From: an archaeon
GTDB lineage: Archaea > Nanobdellota > Nanobdellia > Woesearchaeales > UBA9642
Direction of reading: 5' to 3'
DNA length: 64,000 nt
Assembly: GCA_020057295.1 (NCBI GenBank)
Contig: JAGVGF010000006.1
Span: 1-64,000 of the forward strand
Shown here in pieces: positions 58,623 through 64,000 of this stretch. The notes beneath the pieces are model-generated. The model was not told the origin of the DNA. It saw nothing but the letters and a program-made list of their open reading frames with translations, and ran no database searches. The position numbers were made by a program, and so were the translations under genes. Numbering within the stretch: the first letter of the stretch is position 1; every line of letters starts with the position of its first letter.

Positions 58623-59411
58623 ATGGAACTCCGTTTAAACATTAATAAGACTATTGAACAGAATGCCGAAGTGTACTTTGAGAAAGCCAAAAAGTATAAG
58701 AAAAAAATTCCTGGAATATTAAAGACCATAGAATTGTATAAGGATAAACTTTCCAAAGCACAATCAGCGTATGATACTGAACAATCTAAACCTAAAATTG
58801 AAAAGATTAAGAAAGAATGGTTCGAAAAATTCAGATGGTTTATATCATCTGATGGATTCTTAGTTATTGGTGGAAGAGATGCAACTACTAATGAGATTAT
58901 AGTTAAAAAATATATGAATAAGAATGAGATAGTATTTCATACAGAATTGCCGGGAAGTCCATTTGTAGTAATAAAAAATCCTGATAATCAGAACATACCC
59001 GAACAAACTATCAAAGAATCCGCAGAATTCTGCGCAAGTTTTAGTAAGTCTTGGAAGTCTGGAAGAACAACAGCAGAAGTATATCACATAACTCCAGAAC
59101 AGGTTAGTAAAGAAGCACCGGCTGGAATGGCCGCTCTTGCTAAGGGATCGTTTATGATTAATGGAAAAAGAAATTATGTGAGTCCTGCATTAAATCTTGC
59201 GATATGTAATATTGGCAGAATAATGGCAGGTCCTGTTTCAGCTGTAAAAATACAATGTGAAGATAAGGATTTAAAATATGTAGAAATAATACAAGGTGAA
59301 GATAAATTAAGTGATGTCGGTAAGAAAGTACAGAGAATAATCGGTGGAGAATTGGATGATATAATAAGAAATCTTCCATCAGAATGTGCAATCAAAAAGG
59401 ATAAGAGGTAA
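58623..59411 (+). CDS. NFACT RNA-binding domain protein (short Rqc2/DUF814-like)
   Basis: NA..YFEKAKK, WFEKFRWF.SS...IGGRDA..NE, FH...GSP, GSFMI.G. Confidence 0.9.
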   Translation: MELRLNINKTIEQNAEVYFEKAKKYKKKIPGILKTIELYKDKLSKAQSAYDTEQSKPKIEKIKKEWFEKFRWFISSDGFLVIGGRDATTNEIIVKKYMNKNEIVFHTELPGSPFVVIKNPDNQNIPEQTIKESAEFCASFSKSWKSGRTTAEVYHITPEQVSKEAPAGMAALAKGSFMINGKRNYVSPALNLAICNIGRIMAGPVSAVKIQCEDKDLKYVEIIQGEDKLSDVGKKVQRIIGGELDDIIRNLPSECAIKKDKR

Positions 59412-59415
59412 AGAA

Positions 59416-59676
59416 ATGGATAAAGTATTCAAGGAACTAAGGAAGGAATCAAAAATTTTAGCCCCGAATATAATTATTGGGAAGAATGGTTTAACAGATG
59501 GTGTAATTAGAAATATAAATTTCGAATTAAATAAACAAAAAATTGTAAAGATAAAGATTCTCAAAAGTTATATTGATACGGCAGGGAAAGATAAGACTTT
59601 TGCAGATATAGCAGAAAAAACTGGTGCAAAAGTAGTTCAAAAAATAGGTTTTACGATAAGTTTAACAAAAAGGTAA
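59416..59676 (+). CDS. YhbY/CRM domain RNA-binding protein
   Basis: P...IGKNG......I...L....VKIK...IG; start placed at MDKVF. Confidence 0.88.
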   Translation: MDKVFKELRKESKILAPNIIIGKNGLTDGVIRNINFELNKQKIVKIKILKSYIDTAGKDKTFADIAEKTGAKVVQKIGFTISLTKR

Positions 59677-59768
59677 CTTATAGACAAGAGATAAGAGTAT
59701 TCATTCAAGCGTAAGGTTTATAAATATGTGTTTCTAAGGATATTATTGCGTAGATGTTAGTCTCTTTA

Positions 59769-59886
59769 AAAAGAGGATATTTGTTTAGTAGGCTCATACA
59801 GATGTTTAATTGAGTGTTCAGCCGAGTTCATTGTAGCTAGACATGATTTCGAGAATTCGCTAGCAACTAAACAAATATAAAAGAGG
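59769..59886. mobile_element. Candidate MITE-like insertion or structured leader RNA
   Basis: AAAAGAGG at 59769-59776 and 59879-59886 flank 102 bp bounded by ATATTTGTTTAGT / ACTAAACAAATAT. Confidence 0.45.
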
Positions 59887-59891
59887 ATATT

Positions 59892-61385
59892 ATGGCTGAT
59901 GATAAAAAGGAAGAAAAAAGCCCTATCGAACTAGTTGGTCAAGAGTGGAATTGGGCTGAAGAAGAATTTGAAGATAATAAAGATGTATATGTAAAGACTA
60001 ACTATCCCGAGCCTCATAGAAAGTTTAGGATAATTTACGAAGCATTCTCATTATCTATGGAAGAAACATATTATTGGATACTTAATGCTTTACAACAAGA
60101 TATGGCGTATCCTAAAGTTGAAAAGATAACAGACATGTTTTCTAGTGCAGAACACAGTTCGATATTTGGTCAAGCATCACAAAGATTAAGCATACAACAG
60201 GATCGTATACAAAATCTACTCGCTACTGTTGGTAAAATGGTTAAAGATGTTTTTGCTCTGGTTAGAGAATTAAGAATTATTGATGAAAGAATAGCTGCTT
60301 ATGATGCATGGAATAAGGAACACAGCAAGTCTGCAGATTCTACTTTAAAACAATTATATATTGACTTTGTAGAAAGTCAAGGCGGTCAAACCAAACCATC
60401 TTCAATATATGGTTTAGCGCAAAATTTAGGTTACGTTACATTACCAGATTTCTATTTTAATACTCGTGTTTTTAAAAAAGAAGATGTCGATAAGACTGTT
60501 GATGCACTATCTACCAATAGCAATCTTAAAAATGTTTTAAGAAGAAAATTATTCGAGTTCATTGTGTGGAAGGAAGAGACTGAAAAAGAAATTAGAAATA
60601 GGAGAACGTTTAGTTTACAATATTTAAGGCAACATTGGGCTGTTATCAAAATGTATATGGGATGGTTAAAGCCTTATTTAAGAAATGTTAAAAGACTTAG
60701 TATGAATGATCAGCAGATGCTTGGCCCAGAAATAATTTCTGCATTTGAAACTGCTGCTTTAGAAATTGAAATATTAGCTTATGATCCAACAAAAGCTAAA
60801 AAAGATGTTAGTGGATGTATATTAATAAATTTCAAATATTTTGTCAAGCCATCATTAAGTTATCAACAGCCAGAAAGTTATCAGAGAGGTCCAATACATG
60901 TTGGTAAGGTAGATATAACTATGAGAAGTTATGGTTGGTCACAGGCTGAAGTCGATGCGTATAAAAATTATCGTAGCAAGGAAGAGATGGACTTACTAGG
61001 AATTATTGACGCATCATTAAAGGCTGCAATGGATACGTTATCTGAGGATTTAGAAAAATATCTTGCACAAGCCGGAGAGGAAGAATTCAAGAAAAAATTT
61101 GAGGAAAAAGCTGCAGCAGAAAGTAAGGATGATAGAATATTTATTTACAAATTTTTAAATATAAAGACTGTAAAGAAAAAACAACACGGTGCTAGTGCTG
61201 CCGAACCGTTTATTGCAATATTTATGGGATTCGGAGAAATATTGGGAGCATTTCTTCCATCAAAGGTCGAGCAGATTAAGGTCACAATTAGTGATAAAAA
61301 TGATAAGGCAAAAAGTGATGCGTCTGGTAAGTTAGTAAAATTATGGGGAATATATAAAAAGTCTCATCAAATGCTTACATGGTAA
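59892..61385 (+). CDS. Hypothetical protein, largely helical
   Basis: 497-aa ORF with GAGG SD; no recognised family. Confidence 0.85.
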   Translation: MADDKKEEKSPIELVGQEWNWAEEEFEDNKDVYVKTNYPEPHRKFRIIYEAFSLSMEETYYWILNALQQDMAYPKVEKITDMFSSAEHSSIFGQASQRLSIQQDRIQNLLATVGKMVKDVFALVRELRIIDERIAAYDAWNKEHSKSADSTLKQLYIDFVESQGGQTKPSSIYGLAQNLGYVTLPDFYFNTRVFKKEDVDKTVDALSTNSNLKNVLRRKLFEFIVWKEETEKEIRNRRTFSLQYLRQHWAVIKMYMGWLKPYLRNVKRLSMNDQQMLGPEIISAFETAALEIEILAYDPTKAKKDVSGCILINFKYFVKPSLSYQQPESYQRGPIHVGKVDITMRSYGWSQAEVDAYKNYRSKEEMDLLGIIDASLKAAMDTLSEDLEKYLAQAGEEEFKKKFEEKAAAESKDDRIFIYKFLNIKTVKKKQHGASAAEPFIAIFMGFGEILGAFLPSKVEQIKVTISDKNDKAKSDASGKLVKLWGIYKKSHQMLTW

Positions 61386-61440
61386 ATTTGTAGAATATAA
61401 CATAAAAATAAGAAAAGTAAAAAACTAATTATAATATAAA

Positions 61441-62169
61441 ATGGTAAAAACTGCTAATGATGTTATGGATATTACTCCTTTAGAGAGAATGGATAAATTA
61501 GAAGATATAGAGACAGAGAAACGTGGAACGATTGCTTCTAAAAAGAAAGAGTTTGAAGAATTAGAAAAAAATACAAAAAAAGGATTAGAAGAACTAGATC
61601 AAAAGAAACGTAAAGAATTTGAAGAATTAGACAAGAGAAAACAAAAAGATTTAGATGAACTAGATAAGAAACGTAAAGAACTCAAGGATTTAGAGGATAA
61701 AAAATTAAAAGAAATTGAAGAGACTGAAGCGCTAATTGAGAAAAGTTTTCAAGAATTGATGCGTCATAAAAGAATATTATTAAAAGAAGAGGATGACAAG
61801 GATCAAGATCGAAGAAAAACTAGCGCCGCAGAGATTAACTTAGAAGAGGTCGCAAATACAGCGCCGAAAATTGTTCCTGAAGGCGTGCATATGAATTATA
61901 GTAAATTTTTTGAGAACTTGCAAGCCCCACAAAAGTTTTACGAAATTAATAATCCATCATTTTATGAAGGATTAACTGGTTTAAGAAATAAAGCTGCTAC
62001 AGGACAGATTACTCCTGAAGAAGAAATGTTTGTTGAAAAACTTCGTAATCAATTCGAACAATTTACACAAAATCAACAGTATACTGAAAATGATCAGAAT
62101 CAATATATTAAGAGATCTATGAGTGTTATCGATCAAATTGGTAAATACCATAAGATGAGGAGCGACTAA
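61441..62169 (+). CDS. Charged coiled-coil protein
   Basis: 11-residue E/K repeats (KKEFEELE..., RKEFEELD...). Confidence 0.8.
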   Translation: MVKTANDVMDITPLERMDKLEDIETEKRGTIASKKKEFEELEKNTKKGLEELDQKKRKEFEELDKRKQKDLDELDKKRKELKDLEDKKLKEIEETEALIEKSFQELMRHKRILLKEEDDKDQDRRKTSAAEINLEEVANTAPKIVPEGVHMNYSKFFENLQAPQKFYEINNPSFYEGLTGLRNKAATGQITPEEEMFVEKLRNQFEQFTQNQQYTENDQNQYIKRSMSVIDQIGKYHKMRSD

Positions 62170-64000
62170 ATGGCTATATTTAATATAGATTATTTTAATA
62201 CTTTAGATCGCGGATATTATAGTGCTCAAACAATGAAAGATGCTAAGGAAGCTGGTACGTTTGTTGATTTTCCACAAGATGCTGGTCCAGGTACAAAATT
62301 AACTGCTAAAGAAATTGGTACTACGATGGCTCCAGATACGTATCCATTACAAGAATTACAGGCTAAGATAAGGACTGGAGCTGCAAGATTAGAGATTGGT
62401 TTTGCTGGTGCAGGTAAGAGTGGTTTTGGCGGAAGGGGAGCTACACCAGAAATATTAGGAAAACTTGAAAGAGAACAGTTTAGAGAATTACAAAAGGTCA
62501 GTGATGTTAAAGTTACTACACACGCCACATTTGGCAAACAAGGACTTTCTGGATTAACACAACAAGGATTCAGTGAGGATGAAGCTCAAAAAACTTTAAA
62601 AGAAATAAACAAAGCAATAGATTTTGCTGCAACAGCAACTCGCGGTGGAGCGGTAGTATTTCACGCTGGCGAATGGCAGAGACCTATAATGGATGCGGGC
62701 GAAAAGAATCCAGATAAAACTTCAGCACGTGAAAGAGTTTTCAGCGAGTATGAAAACGAATATCAAAAGGCTCCAATATTTTTAGCTGATGAACGTACTG
62801 GACAAATAATGGCATTAAATAGAGATATGAAATTCTATTTCCCAAAAGAAAAACGTGATCCAAAAACAGGCATGGTATACGTTGAAACAGCACAAGATGG
62901 CACTCCTATAATAGAAGAGATGGATTATGGTCACGCATTAGGTCATATTAAACAACGTTATAAAGATAAACCTGAAATTCAAGGTAAGAGTGATGCTGAA
63001 ATACTATTATATGGTTATAGGGAACAACAATTGAAAGAAGCTAAAGGTACAGCTTTAAGATATACGGAAAATTTAGATAGTTTCAAGAAAAAATTAGAGT
63101 ATGTACAGGATCAACTCAAATTACAAGAAAAAATGTGGAATAATACTTCTGAAGAGGATCGTTGGAAATTACAGGAAAAGGATCCTAACATCCCAACGAT
63201 TTATAGACCTGTAAAAGATATTTTAGCTGAAGAAGAAAAAAATCTTAGACATCAAATTGAAGGAGTACAAACTACGGCAGCTGCAGCTCAGGAACAGTAT
63301 AAAAAGATTGAAGAGGAACAGAAGAGATTTAAGCCTATTGAAGAAGTTGGTATAAAGAGAACAGCAGATACTTTAGCCAAAGCAGGTATAAAGGCAATGA
63401 TTACTTCAGATCAGTATAAAAAAGATTTAACTGAACCAATATTTATCGCTCCAGAAAATGTCTTCCCAGAATTTTATGGTTCACATGCAGATGAAATGAT
63501 TAGAATAATACAAGATTCTAGAAAGACAATGGCTGATAAGTTAAAAAGGCAAGGATATAGTGCTGAAGACGCTAAAAAGAAGGCAGAAACACATATTAGA
63601 GCTACACTAGATACAGGTCACTTGAATAATTGGCGTCAACATTTTCAGGCTAAAACCGATGAGAATGGTAAGGTTTTAGAAAATCCTGAGCAAGTTGATA
63701 AGAGATTTAAGAAATGGTATCTTGAACAAGTTCAAAAGATGGTTGATAAGAAAGTTTTAGGGCACATACATTTAACAGATAATTGGGGTTATGATGATGA
63801 ACATATTACACCAGGTCAAGGTAATACGCCTACAAAAGAAGCTGTTAAAATTTTAGAGGAAGCTGGATTTAAAGATTTCATTGCTGAAGTTGGAAGCTTT
63901 AATTCTAATACAGTATTACAAGATACATTAGCAGAATTAGGTAGTCCAGTATATGCACTTGATAAGAGAATGACATTCGGAAAATTACGTCACGGACATT
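62170..64000 (+). CDS. Endonuclease IV / xylose isomerase-like TIM-barrel protein with large insertion, 3' end outside window
   Basis: Not in ORF track; ATG at 62170 (MAIFNIDYF...), open to window end; TTHA, VVFHAGE, PENV, LDTGH, HIHLTDN, DEH, IAE. Confidence 0.85.
   Translation, partial: MAIFNIDYFNTLDRGYYSAQTMKDAKEAGTFVDFPQDAGPGTKLTAKEIGTTMAPDTYPLQELQAKIRTGAARLEIGFAGAGKSGFGGRGATPEILGKLEREQFRELQKVSDVKVTTHATFGKQGLSGLTQQGFSEDEAQKTLKEINKAIDFAATATRGGAVVFHAGEWQRPIMDAGEKNPDKTSARERVFSEYENEYQKAPIFLADERTGQIMALNRDMKFYFPKEKRDPKTGMVYVETAQDGTPIIEEMDYGHALGHIKQRYKDKPEIQGKSDAEILLYGYREQQLKEAKGTALRYTENLDSFKKKLEYVQDQLKLQEKMWNNTSEEDRWKLQEKDPNIPTIYRPVKDILAEEEKNLRHQIEGVQTTAAAAQEQYKKIEEEQKRFKPIEEVGIKRTADTLAKAGIKAMITSDQYKKDLTEPIFIAPENVFPEFYGSHADEMIRIIQDSRKTMADKLKRQGYSAEDAKKKAETHIRATLDTGHLNNWRQHFQAKTDENGKVLENPEQVDKRFKKWYLEQVQKMVDKKVLGHIHLTDNWGYDDEHITPGQGNTPTKEAVKILEEAGFKDFIAEVGSFNSNTVLQDTLAELGSPVYALDKRMTFGKLRHGH

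Noticed and set aside
62226-62537. 103-aa minus-strand ORF
   Set aside because: Antisense to the long plus-strand TIM-barrel ORF starting at 62170.
1-64000. CRISPR array, rRNA, integrase or transposase
   Set aside because: No regularly spaced repeat-spacer series, no rRNA-like stretch, and no recombinase or transposase motifs seen in the ORFs.

Overview
AT-rich archaeal chromosomal segment, most consistent with a DPANN archaeon such as Woesearchaeota (inferred from gene content, not from a database search). Archaeal markers: proteasome beta + aCPSF1/FttA, rpl1-rpl10(P0)-rpl12, Dph5, DRG GTPase, class III signal-peptide pilins, TATA-like promoters and GGTGA Shine-Dalgarno motifs. Bacterial-type genes: grpE-dnaK-dnaJ, ThrRS, TrhO. 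Recognisable modules: MoxR-DUF58-VWA operon, PadR-led ABC export operon, GH13 enzyme, type IV pilus locus, two tRNAs (Thr-UGU, Ser-GGA). No CRISPR array, rRNA, transposase or integrase was seen. Best candidates for novelty: (1) a divergent Lrp gene, a repeat-rich intergenic region, a 530-aa wHTH protein with a PIP-box-like tail and a thymidylate synthase homologue whose catalytic Cys is replaced by Ser; (2) a 102-bp element with 13-bp terminal inverted repeats and 8-bp flanking direct repeats ahead of a three-gene unit ending in an endonuclease-IV-like TIM barrel with a large helical insertion; (3) a compact divergent RtcB; (4) three paralogous genes with duplicated leader/RBS cassettes; (5) three micro-ORFs missing from the supplied track and several palindromic operators. 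All family calls come from motif recognition by eye.
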